Positions 47,014 through 55,466 of a stretch of DNA of 59,639 nucleotides are shown piece by piece. Every line of letters starts with the position of its first letter. The stretch's first letter is position 1. A program made the translations under genes and the position numbers. Source of the DNA: an uncultured Oscillospiraceae bacterium (GTDB lineage: Bacteria; Bacillota; Clostridia; Oscillospirales; Oscillospiraceae); contig CANQKZ010000001.1 of the NCBI GenBank assembly GCA_947624585.1, forward strand, positions 1 through 59,639, in the 5' to 3' direction. Under the pieces are notes generated by a model. It ran no database searches. It saw nothing but the letters and a program-made list of their open reading frames with translations, and was not told the origin of the DNA.

Positions 47014-48069
47014 ATGGCTGCGAATGTGATTTTTATGCACGGCACGCGGGAGCAGTTTGACCGCATTCCGGTGAAGGACAGTAATACGCTGTACTGGATC
47101 GAGGATGAGAAGGCGCTGTACCGGGGAAACGACCTCTATGGCACAGGCCGGGAGGCCACGCGCTCCGCGGCGGGGCTTTTGTCCGCGGAGGACAAGAAGC
47201 GTCTCGACGAGCTGGCCGGCGGCGGCATCTCTACGCTGACAGCGGTGGACGGGTCCCTTGAGGTGACGGGCGAGGGGTACAGCCGGGGCCTGAAGGTCAG
47301 GATCTCCGGGCAGGAGCACAACGGGCTTACCCTGGAGGAGGACGGGCTCTTTGCGGCGCCGCCCAGTGCGGGGAGCGGCCTTGAGGCGGTGGACAGGGCG
47401 CTGGCGCTCAAGCTCGACCAGGAGAAGGCCGGCGGGCTCAGCGTGACCGAGAAGGGGCTTGCGCTGGAGCCGGTGACGGCGGAGAGGCCGGGCGCCATGA
47501 CCGCCGAGGACAAGGCTTTTCTGGACGCGATCCCTGTTCTCTACGAGGGGAAGAAGTATGAGGTGGTGGGACTTCTCGCCGGGTGCCGCGCCGATGTGTA
47601 CGGGCGGGAGATCCGGGTATTTTTCCCGGAGGACGCGCCATTTAAGCAGCCCAGCGGCGAGGCGAACGGCCGGGACGACAAGAACTACTACTTCGGCGTG
47701 CGGTTCTTCGCCCCCGATGGAGCGGTGAAGTTCAAGGAGGGCGAAAAGGCCGCAGACGGTGACTTTGAGACCTTTGACGGGTCCAGCTCCGGCACGGACA
47801 AGTACGGACGCCATTACGATGTGTGCTGGTTCCCCGCCGCGCGCACCGAGGATGAGGGACACTCCTGGACGTATAACGGCGCGGGAAGCGAGCCCGGCAG
47901 GTGCGCCGGGTGGTATCACACCATCGAGTGGTACGGCGAGGACGAGAAGCCCATCAGCAGCGAGACGGTGCGGGTGAACCTGACGAATGATGGCTGCCAT
48001 AACAGCCTGAAGCCGTCGCTGGGGTTGGAGAATACGGCGGAGACGCTGGTGTGGCAGGAGATGGTATAA
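47014..48069 (+). CDS. Tail fibre / receptor-binding candidate
   Basis: 351 aa, with ATG 47014 after GAAGGAGGG. The N-terminus NVIFMHGTREQFDRIPVKDSNTLYWIEDEKALYRGNDLYG is typical of Gram-positive phage fibre N-termini. Confidence 0.6.
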   Translation: MAANVIFMHGTREQFDRIPVKDSNTLYWIEDEKALYRGNDLYGTGREATRSAAGLLSAEDKKRLDELAGGGISTLTAVDGSLEVTGEGYSRGLKVRISGQEHNGLTLEEDGLFAAPPSAGSGLEAVDRALALKLDQEKAGGLSVTEKGLALEPVTAERPGAMTAEDKAFLDAIPVLYEGKKYEVVGLLAGCRADVYGREIRVFFPEDAPFKQPSGEANGRDDKNYYFGVRFFAPDGAVKFKEGEKAADGDFETFDGSSSGTDKYGRHYDVCWFPAARTEDEGHSWTYNGAGSEPGRCAGWYHTIEWYGEDEKPISSETVRVNLTNDGCHNSLKPSLGLENTAETLVWQEMV

Positions 48070-48260
48070 GACTGTGACGGGCGGGTTTTGAACCCGCCCC
48101 TACAGGGGACGGCGGAGAACGGGGCTTCGATCCCTCAGTCGCTTCGCGACAGCTCCCTTTGCGAAAGGGAGCCTACACACCCCGGAAGCTTTCTAAAGAC
48201 GGGGCCCTACCGCCTCACTGCGCTCGGCGCCTCCCCAGGGGGTTAAGATGAAAGCATCGT
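48070..48260. repeat. Hairpin array R11 (F unit and degenerate A-type units)
   Basis: GGGCGGGTTTTGAACCCGCCCCTACA at 48080-48105, and GGGAGC-TGTCGCGAAGCGACTGA-like palindromes shared with 53610-53660. Confidence 0.7.
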
Positions 48261-48299
48261 TTTATCTTATCATTACATTAAAAATAGGAGGGAAGAAGT

Positions 48300-49541
48300 A
48301 TGGCTGTGAACAAGGTAGCATTCAGGCTCGGTCTGCGTGATGCGCTGAAAAATGCGCCCAATGTGGAGGGGACGTTCAGCGTTACCACGGACGAGCACGC
48401 GCTGTATCTGGACGTGGCGGGCGGTCAGCGCATCAGGCTCGGCGATTTTATCAAGGTGGCGAAGCTCACCGACCTTGAGGCGATCACGGAGCCCGCGGAG
48501 ACCGCCCTTTACTACGTGGAGGAGATCAACTGCCTCGCCTGCCACGACGGTGAGGACTGGGTCCAGATCAACCGGGACACCGGCGCCACGAAGGTGGAGG
48601 TCACCGGCGGCGGCAACGGCATCGCCAGCGCCGTCTATGACAAGGACTCCCGCACCATCAAGATCACCATCGACAAGACCTTCCTCACCGCCGAGGATGT
48701 GGGCACCAAGATCTCCGATGTGGTGGGCACTGTCCCCGACGAGAAGACCGTTGTCGAGTACATCGACGAGAAGACCAAGGATACCGCTTCCAAGGAGGAG
48801 ATCGCCGGCATCACCACCCGCCTCGGCGCTCTGGAGGGCGCCGAGGGTAAGGAGAAGTGGGACAAGGCTGCCGAGGATGTGGACACCGTTATGGGCGATT
48901 ACCTGAAGACGGCGGACAAGACTGTCCTGGAGGGGAAGATCAACGCCAAGCAGGACAAGCTTGTCTTCGAGGGCACCTACAATGCCGACAACAACAAGGC
49001 CGCTACCATGGCGGACGTGACCGCCGCCGTGTCGGGGCTGTCCGGCGCCATGCACTGGATCGGCACGGTGGAGACGGAGCCCAACGCCGAATCCGGCGCC
49101 AGACGCCAGAAGGGGGACGTTGTCTCCTACAATGGCGTGGAGTACGCCTGGGACGGCAGCGCGTGGCAGAAGCTGGGCGACGAGTCCATGTACTCCGAGA
49201 AGGTCACGGGTTGGGACGAAGCGGCCGCGCAGAAGCACACCCACGACAACGCCACCGAGCTTGACAAGATCAAGACCGGCGACAAGGAGAAGTGGGACGC
49301 CGCCGCCGGTAAGGCCGATACCAACTCCGCCGCCATTACCGCCATCAAGGATGACAAGACGCTCACCAGCTTCAGCGCGGTCAAGACGGAGCTGGACAAG
49401 AAGGCCAACAGCACGGATGTGACGGCGCTTGTGGGCGATGCGCAGGGTGTCGATGCCACCACCATCAAGCAGGCCGCCAAGGAGGCCGAGGAGTACGCAG
49501 ACACGAAAATCAATGAAGCGCTGACTTGGGGGAGCTTCTAA
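48300..49541 (+). CDS. Tail fibre-like structural protein
   Basis: 413 aa, with strong RBS AGGAGGGAAG. Repetitive Thr/Lys/Asp-rich segments. The stop codon lies inside a 14-bp-stem hairpin. Confidence 0.65.
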   Translation: MAVNKVAFRLGLRDALKNAPNVEGTFSVTTDEHALYLDVAGGQRIRLGDFIKVAKLTDLEAITEPAETALYYVEEINCLACHDGEDWVQINRDTGATKVEVTGGGNGIASAVYDKDSRTIKITIDKTFLTAEDVGTKISDVVGTVPDEKTVVEYIDEKTKDTASKEEIAGITTRLGALEGAEGKEKWDKAAEDVDTVMGDYLKTADKTVLEGKINAKQDKLVFEGTYNADNNKAATMADVTAAVSGLSGAMHWIGTVETEPNAESGARRQKGDVVSYNGVEYAWDGSAWQKLGDESMYSEKVTGWDEAAAQKHTHDNATELDKIKTGDKEKWDAAAGKADTNSAAITAIKDDKTLTSFSAVKTELDKKANSTDVTALVGDAQGVDATTIKQAAKEAEEYADTKINEALTWGSF

Positions 49542-49860
49542 TTAGAGAGGGGCTGCGCCCCTCTCTAATTAAGAGGAAACGTGCGGGAACCCCTGTGAAA
49601 AGCCTGCGGGCTTTTCCCAGGGGCTCCCTGCTGTTTTGCTGCGCGCACGGCCTCGTCGTCGCTGATGCCGCTTTGCCTCGGGCTCCCTTCGGTCGCCCTC
49701 GGGCGCTGGCATCGCTCTTCCTCTCCCCAGCGGGCAACAGCCCGCCGGGGACCCCAGGCCGCACACTCCGCAAAACAAAAGGTATTTTTTCCGACGTACA
49801 TGCCGCCGGGAAAAATATTTGAATTGTGGTCTTAACATTGAGAACAACAGCACAGGGCAA
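49540..49860. repeat. Post-gene structured module (copy 3 of 3) plus array R12
   Basis: Hairpin AATTAGAGAGGGGC-TGC-GCCCCTCTCTAATT at 49540-49570. The nested long hairpin at 49577-49630 is homologous to 22345-22390. CACTCCGCAAAACAAAAGGTATTTTTTCCGACGTACATGCCGCCGG is nearly identical to 26170-26215. Confidence 0.8.
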
Positions 49861-49940
49861 TTTTGGACGGTCAGAGACGCAAAACTGCCTGCCGGGAGAC
49901 CGGCGGCTTTGATATAGTCCGTGCCCGGAGGGGAGAAGAC

Positions 49941-50168
49941 ATGGCGCTTTTTAAGATTTTGAAAGGCGAAAGCTCGCGCATTGATACGGGGACCACGAAA
50001 TTTAACGAGGGCTACGCCTATTTTACGCCGGACGACGCCGGGTTCTACATTGACGCCAGCGTGGGTGGGAGCCAAAAGCGTATCCGCATCAACCGCAGGG
50101 AGGTCGTGAGCGCCCAGACGCCGGTAAGGTCCGACGAAGGGGACACGTGGCTCCAGGAGGTGGAGTAG
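49941..50168 (+). CDS. Small fibre-N-terminus-like protein
   Basis: 75 aa. MALFKILKGESSRIDTGTTKFNEGYAYFTPDD resembles prophage tail-fibre N-terminal modules. It ends ..GDTWLQEVE. Confidence 0.5.
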   Translation: MALFKILKGESSRIDTGTTKFNEGYAYFTPDDAGFYIDASVGGSQKRIRINRREVVSAQTPVRSDEGDTWLQEVE

Positions 50169-50202
50169 ATGGAAAGAGCAGAGGAGAAGGGGGTAACGTG
50201 AT

Positions 50203-50409
50203 ATGGCGGAGACGAGGTATTACCACCTTCATCTGACGGACAGCGACGCCGAGAAGTTTTTGGCCTGGCGAGAGGCGATGAACGGGACGGAGGCGTCCAA
50301 TATGGTCAAAATCGACGCGGCGCTTTATGAGAAGGAGCGTGTCGTCATATCCGCTGAGCAGCCGGAGGGGCTGACGGAAAACGACACGTGGCTTGAGGAG
50401 GTGGGATGA
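50203..50409 (+). CDS. Small hypothetical protein
   Basis: 68 aa, ending ..NDTWLEEVG, the same C-terminal motif as the preceding ORF. Confidence 0.45.
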   Translation: MAETRYYHLHLTDSDAEKFLAWREAMNGTEASNMVKIDAALYEKERVVISAEQPEGLTENDTWLEEVG

Positions 50410-50410
50410 T

Positions 50411-51832
50411 ATGGCAGAGAAAGTGAAGAAGGTACGGGAGAAGAAGCTCATCAACGGAGAGTGGGTAACGATCCACCGGGAGACGGGCGCAAGCTCCGTG
50501 AAGTTCGATGACGGGAGCACGTTCCAGGAGAAGCTGGACAGCGGGGAGCTCAAGGGGCCCAAGGGCGATCAGGGCGCGGTGGGCGCGCAGGGAACGGCGG
50601 GCGCGCCCGGTAAGGACGGCGCCGCTGGCGCCAAGGGCGACACAGGCGATACGTGGGTGCCCAGCGTGGACGCCTCCACGGGGGCGCTGTCGTGGGCAAA
50701 GAACAGCGGTGTGATGCCGCAGACAGTGAACATCAAAGGACCGCAGGGGGCGACGGGTCCTGCCGGCCCTACCGGCCCTGCCGGTGCGAAAGGGACGGAC
50801 GGGGTTTCCCCTACGGTGAAGGTGTCCAAGTCCGGCACCGTTACCACCGTCACTTTCACCGACGCCGCCGGAGATAAGGTTGCCACCATCAACGACGGCA
50901 AGAACGGCGCAAATGGGACAAACGGAACTAACGGCAAGGACGGCGCGGCGGGGGCGCGGGGCAGCCAGTGGTTTTCCGGCACGGGAGTGACAGGAAACAG
51001 CGGCACCGCCGCCGTGTTCGCCAATTCCGGCGTCAGCTCCGCTCTTGTGGGAGATTGGTATCTCAACACCAACACAGGGTACGTCTACACCTGTACGCTT
51101 GAGGGCGTGGCCTCCGTGGCGAAATGGGTATACAAGGGAAGTATCAAAGGCGTGACGGGTGCTGCCGGCCCAGCCGGGCCCGCTGGCGCCGCGGGCGCGA
51201 AGGGCGACACCGGGGCGGCGGGGCCCAACACTGTGAGCACTTCCACCGGCACCAACATCACGGGGCTTTTGAAGGGCAACGGGAGCAAGGTGGCGCAGGC
51301 AGTTGCGGACACGGATTACCTGACACCTGATACTGCCTCCGGCACATATATGCCCATAAAGGGCGGGAAGTTCACGGGCAACGTCAGCGGGCAATATTTT
51401 ACCGGTACGTGGCTGCAAACCACGGCGGCGGGTAATCTCGCTTCGGCGGCCTCCAAAATAGCCGTGCTTGACGACAAAGGGTGGGTGTATTACCGCACCC
51501 CGGCGCAGATACTCGGCGACATCGGGGCTGTGCCAACGACCCGCAAGGTCAACGGCAAGGCGCTGTCGACGGATATCTCACTTTCTGCGGCGGACGTAAG
51601 CGCAAGGCCATTGACCTGGACGCCCACAGCCGCTGACGTGAAAGCGCTTCCGCTGGCGGGCGGGACGATGACGGGCAATATTGCCATGGGCAGCCACAAG
51701 GTGACGGGGCTGGCGACACCGACGGCGAGCACAGACGCGGCAACGAAAGGGTATGTGGACGGCAAGATCCAATACGGCACCTCCGTCCCCGCGACGCTGG
51801 CGGACGGCGTCGTGTACCTGGTCTACGAATGA
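50411..51832 (+). CDS. Collagen-like repeat tail fibre protein
   Basis: Two Gly-X-Y tracts (GPKGDQGAVGAQGTAGAPGKDGAAGAKGDTGDT, and a second GPAGPAGAAGAKGDTGAAGP). ATG at 50411. Confidence 0.8.
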   Translation: MAEKVKKVREKKLINGEWVTIHRETGASSVKFDDGSTFQEKLDSGELKGPKGDQGAVGAQGTAGAPGKDGAAGAKGDTGDTWVPSVDASTGALSWAKNSGVMPQTVNIKGPQGATGPAGPTGPAGAKGTDGVSPTVKVSKSGTVTTVTFTDAAGDKVATINDGKNGANGTNGTNGKDGAAGARGSQWFSGTGVTGNSGTAAVFANSGVSSALVGDWYLNTNTGYVYTCTLEGVASVAKWVYKGSIKGVTGAAGPAGPAGAAGAKGDTGAAGPNTVSTSTGTNITGLLKGNGSKVAQAVADTDYLTPDTASGTYMPIKGGKFTGNVSGQYFTGTWLQTTAAGNLASAASKIAVLDDKGWVYYRTPAQILGDIGAVPTTRKVNGKALSTDISLSAADVSARPLTWTPTAADVKALPLAGGTMTGNIAMGSHKVTGLATPTASTDAATKGYVDGKIQYGTSVPATLADGVVYLVYE

Positions 51833-51841
51833 GGTGAGGGC

Positions 51842-52546
51842 ATGAGTATTGAAGTCGCGGGCAAGCAGATCAAGGAGCTCCGCATCGGTGTGAACGGCCA
51901 ACCCCGGACGGTGACGGAGGGGTGGGTCGGCGTGAACGGGGCGCCCAGACGGTTCTACTCCGCCTCCGTTCCGCTGTCCTCGTTTGAGATCGGGAGCCTG
52001 GTGTACATCAAGGAGGACGGTGTGCCGGCGCCGTACATCGTTTCAGGGCATGAGTATGATATAAGAGCACTCTCTAGCGAGTCAGTGGTAAGATCTGTGC
52101 TTGTACGGCAGGAAATAACGGGATATTACAAACCCTTACAAGTTTCGTCAGCGTCACAGTCCTATGAGGAAAGTCTTGACCCGGCGGTCATTGAGGCGGC
52201 AAAAGTTCCCATTCTGATAATAGTTGGGCAACAGCCATATGCGGTGTCCTTTGCCTTGCTTATGGTTCAGCTTGGTCTGAGCTTGTCAGGATACGACACC
52301 TCAAAACTGCAGGAGCTTCCCAACGCAAGTACGCTAAAGATGTGTGATCAATGGTTGGGTGATATGAGGCGCGCCCGAAGTGTGGGCAACTCTACTAGCT
52401 ACCGGGCATACACAAACCAATTTGGGGTACCCTCAGAAGCCGTAGTTAGCAATGCGCTGAATTCGGTCTCCCACGGCTTCCGACCTGTTCTGTACCTGCC
52501 GGGAGAGACGATGTTTAACAAGGGCAGCGGGGAGTTTGTGGGGTAA
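51842..52546 (+). CDS. Fibre-tip / receptor-binding candidate, paralogue 1
   Basis: 234 aa. The N-terminal ~75 aa and C-terminal ~70 aa are highly similar to 52822-53499, and the middle is divergent. Confidence 0.65.
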   Translation: MSIEVAGKQIKELRIGVNGQPRTVTEGWVGVNGAPRRFYSASVPLSSFEIGSLVYIKEDGVPAPYIVSGHEYDIRALSSESVVRSVLVRQEITGYYKPLQVSSASQSYEESLDPAVIEAAKVPILIIVGQQPYAVSFALLMVQLGLSLSGYDTSKLQELPNASTLKMCDQWLGDMRRARSVGNSTSYRAYTNQFGVPSEAVVSNALNSVSHGFRPVLYLPGETMFNKGSGEFVG

Positions 52547-52821
52547 GAGGAAAGTTGTGTGGTTATGGAGCGGACAAGCATTTCGGCGGCGGGATGATCG
52601 TTTGACCGACGTGGGCAAAATGTTCGTTCGGCGCTTTCTATATAAAAGCAATCATACAGTGGGAGGTCAAATATGGAAAATAGAACTAACATAAAATTCC
52701 AGCGGGGGGGGGTAAGTAATCCTTTAGTTACCCATTCTGCCGACGGCGGAGATGAGCCCGACCGATACCCCCAGACGCCGGAGGGCGGCGCGGCCTGCCC
52801 GGTCAACGGGTGAGGTGGGGC

Positions 52822-53499
52822 ATGAGTATACAAATCGGGGACAGGCAGGTCAAAGAGCTCTACATCGGCGTGAACGGGCAGCCCAGGAAGGTGACGGAGG
52901 GGTATGTGGGGGTGAATGGCGTGCCACGTAGGTTCTACTCCGCCGCAATCCCGCTTTCTTCGTTCGAGGTGGGGAGTTTGGTATACATCAAGGAGAACGG
53001 GGTGTTGGCACCGTATATTGTATCCGGGCATGAGTATGATGAAAGCTTTACGGAAATATCCGAGAAGTTCTCCGTATTGGTGCGGCAGGAGCCGGCCGAG
53101 TATGTGAAGGGCTGGGTGTTAGACGCAACATTGACCAGGTTTTGTGCCTCTCTCGACCCTGTGGTACAGACGCTACTTGAATCGAATGCTGGTTTGTGTA
53201 ACCTCATGTTCCTTAGTATGCTGGGGCTGAGCCTGCCAAATTACTTTCCCGGAAAACTGCAGGAGCTTCCCAACGCAAGTACGCTAAAGATGTGTGATCA
53301 ATGGTTGGGTGATACAAGGCGCGCTGCAGACGGGAGTAGAATTGTGACTTATCGCGCATACACAAGTGTGTTCGGGAGTCTCTCTGAAGCCGCAAGTGAC
53401 GACAAAGTATTGAGTAGTCCCACCCACGGGTTCCGTCCCTCTTTGTCCCTGCCTGGAGAGACGAAGTTTGATGCGAAGACGGGGGAGCTTGTGGGGTAA
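52822..53499 (+). CDS. Fibre-tip / receptor-binding candidate, paralogue 2
   Basis: 225 aa, with the same RBS context (GAGGTGGGGCATG versus GAGGTGAGGGCATG). It shares the block CAGGAGCTTCCCAACGCAAGTACGCTAAAGATGTGTGATCAATGGTTGGGTGATA with paralogue 1. Confidence 0.65.
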   Translation: MSIQIGDRQVKELYIGVNGQPRKVTEGYVGVNGVPRRFYSAAIPLSSFEVGSLVYIKENGVLAPYIVSGHEYDESFTEISEKFSVLVRQEPAEYVKGWVLDATLTRFCASLDPVVQTLLESNAGLCNLMFLSMLGLSLPNYFPGKLQELPNASTLKMCDQWLGDTRRAADGSRIVTYRAYTSVFGSLSEAASDDKVLSSPTHGFRPSLSLPGETKFDAKTGELVG

Positions 53500-53870
53500 A
53501 GGAAGGTCGTAAGTTTAAAGAGGTCACGGCGAAGGCGCCCCATATAGGGCCCCTCCCCATAGAAGGGGGCAGGGGGGTGGCGAGGGCAGGGAGAGTGAGC
53601 GGTTGACGAGAGCCTCGATCCCTCAGTCGCTTCGCGACGGCTCCCTTTTCGTAAAGGGAGCCGTCGCAACCCGGAAGGGCTCAGAAGACGGGGAAGCGGG
53701 CCGCCAGGAGTGGCGGCCCCTACAACAGCCCTTCGGTAGACGCCGTAGGGGCGGTCTCTCTTGGCTGCCCGCGGGGGGGGCGGAACCACCCCGGCGCTTC
53801 GCACCACCCCGACCTGGGAGGGGCTGACCCTTCTGGCGCCTATAGGAAGCGGTTGACATCCTTCCGGCGG
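53500..53870. repeat. Hairpin array R13 (G, D and A-like units)
   Basis: GGGCCGCCAGGAGTGGCGGCCCCTACA (G unit) near 53698-53725, and D unit GGAACCACCCCGGCGCTTCGCACCACCCCGACCTGGGAGGGGC at 53783-53825. Confidence 0.75.
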
Positions 53871-53892
53871 CGGTGTATGATACGGGTATACT

Positions 53893-54060
53893 GTAATACT
53901 AATATCCAATTAAAATCAGCCATTCGCGGCGGTCTTTTTCGCGTCATGCGGCGTCAGCCGCCTTGGAAATACCAATGGGTATTCCCTGCGGCGTCTTCCT
54001 TGCCTGACGCGAAAAATCCTCGCCGCTCGGTGTCTCCTTTTAAATAGATATTAGTATAAG
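53893..54060. mobile_element. MITE-like palindromic element, copy B, intergenic
   Basis: 168 nt, about 90% identical to 3393-3559, with the same terminal inverted repeats. The apex differs in a compensatory way (GGAAATAC-CAATGG-GTATTCC versus GGGAATAC-ATACA-GTATTCCC). Confidence 0.8.
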
Positions 54061-54074
54061 CCGGGAGGAAAGCT

Positions 54075-54359
54075 ATGAAGGTCAAGCTGAAGTGCGTGAA
54101 GGACGGATGGAGCGCGTGCAGGACAGATAGGGAGTATGTGGTCAAGATGCTCCTTCACGAGCGGGACGGAGAAAAAGAGGACGCCGTGGAGATACTGGCG
54201 GACGACGGAAAGCTTGTGTTTGTCCCGCTGTCGGAGTGCGTGGTCACGGACGACTACAAGGGGGAGAAATTCCGGGAGTTCACCGCGTATGACGACGAGG
54301 GAGAAGACCCGCCCGAGCCCCTCTATAAGCGCGTTTTCAAGGGGAAGAAAGGGAAATAA
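54075..54359 (+). CDS. Small hypothetical protein
   Basis: 94 aa, with RBS GGGAGGAAAG, immediately after MITE copy B. Confidence 0.55.
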   Translation: MKVKLKCVKDGWSACRTDREYVVKMLLHERDGEKEDAVEILADDGKLVFVPLSECVVTDDYKGEKFREFTAYDDEGEDPPEPLYKRVFKGKKGK

Positions 54360-54433
54360 AACGACAATTTCATGACCGAGTTTCAGGGCCTCGCCGATAG
54401 CGGGGCCCTATTTCTATGGGAAAGGAGGCGGTT

Positions 54434-55459
54434 ATGGGACGTAAGACGAGGCAGAACAAGATCTGCACGCCGGAGCTGATCGCGAAAATCAATCCGAAAA
54501 ACGTAAGGCTCACGGAGGATTTTCTGGAATATCTGCGCAGCGTGGGCAAGGCGGAGAGTACGGTGAAGGCGTATGAAAACGACCTTCACATTTTCTTTGT
54601 CTGGGCACTCCAGAACGCGGACAACAAATATTTCCCGGAGATCAGCAAGCGGGATATCGTGGCGTATCAGAACTGGCTTTTGCGGCAAAACGAAAATTCG
54701 CCCGCCAGGGTAAGGCGGCTCAAGAGTACGCTGTCGTCTCTGAGCAACTACATCGAGGCTATCATGGACGACGAGCTGCCGCACTTCCGGTCCATCGTCC
54801 GAAAGATAGAAAACCCGGTGAACGAGCCCACCAGGGAGAAGACGGTGCTGACGGACGAGCAGACAAAGACCATCCTCGACACCCTGGTGGAGAGAGGGCA
54901 GTATGAGCAGGCGTGCTTTTTCGCGCTGGCGCTCTATTCGGGGAGGAGAAAGTCGGAGCTGCTGCGGTTTAAGGTGTCCTATTTCGACGAGGAAAATATC
55001 ATCTACGGCTCGCTCTATAGGACGCCGGAGAAGATCCGGACGAAGGGCAGGGGCGTCAACGGGAAGATGCTGACCTGCTATGTGCTGGCAAAGCCCTTCA
55101 AGCCGTATCTGGACCTCTGGATGAAGCAGAGAGAGGAGCGGGGCATCGAGAGCGAGTGGCTGTTCCCGGACAGGAGCGACCAGACGCGCCACGCGCCCAT
55201 TACGACGGCGAACAGCTGGGCGGAGATGTATTCCAGGATCAGCGGGACGGACATCTATATGCACTGTCTGAGGCACGCCTTTACCACGAATCTGGCGAAG
55301 GCGGACATACCGGATTCTGTGATACAGGCCATTGTTGGCTGGGAGTCAGCTGACATGGTGCGCGTTTATGTGGATACAGACAGCGAGGAGGAGTTCGGAA
55401 AGTATTTCGCGGACGGGGAGCTTGTGGGGCGCAAGCCCGGGGAGCTCTCGGAATTGTGA
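54434..55459 (+). CDS. Tyrosine recombinase, XerC/D-like (SAM-like N-domain plus catalytic domain)
   Basis: ALYSGRRKSELLRF (Arg I), HCLRHAFTTNL (His-x-x-Arg) and GWESADMVRVYVD (Tyr). ATG 54434 follows AAAGGAGG; an in-frame ATG at 54416 is also possible. Confidence 0.85.
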   Translation: MGRKTRQNKICTPELIAKINPKNVRLTEDFLEYLRSVGKAESTVKAYENDLHIFFVWALQNADNKYFPEISKRDIVAYQNWLLRQNENSPARVRRLKSTLSSLSNYIEAIMDDELPHFRSIVRKIENPVNEPTREKTVLTDEQTKTILDTLVERGQYEQACFFALALYSGRRKSELLRFKVSYFDEENIIYGSLYRTPEKIRTKGRGVNGKMLTCYVLAKPFKPYLDLWMKQREERGIESEWLFPDRSDQTRHAPITTANSWAEMYSRISGTDIYMHCLRHAFTTNLAKADIPDSVIQAIVGWESADMVRVYVDTDSEEEFGKYFADGELVGRKPGELSEL

Positions 55460-55466
55460 GGGGAGC

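Noticed and set aside
50411-53499. A diversity-generating retroelement acting on the fibre genes
   Set aside because: No reverse transcriptase gene is present anywhere in the window, and there is no template/variable repeat pair with adenine-specific differences. The paralogues differ by block replacement.
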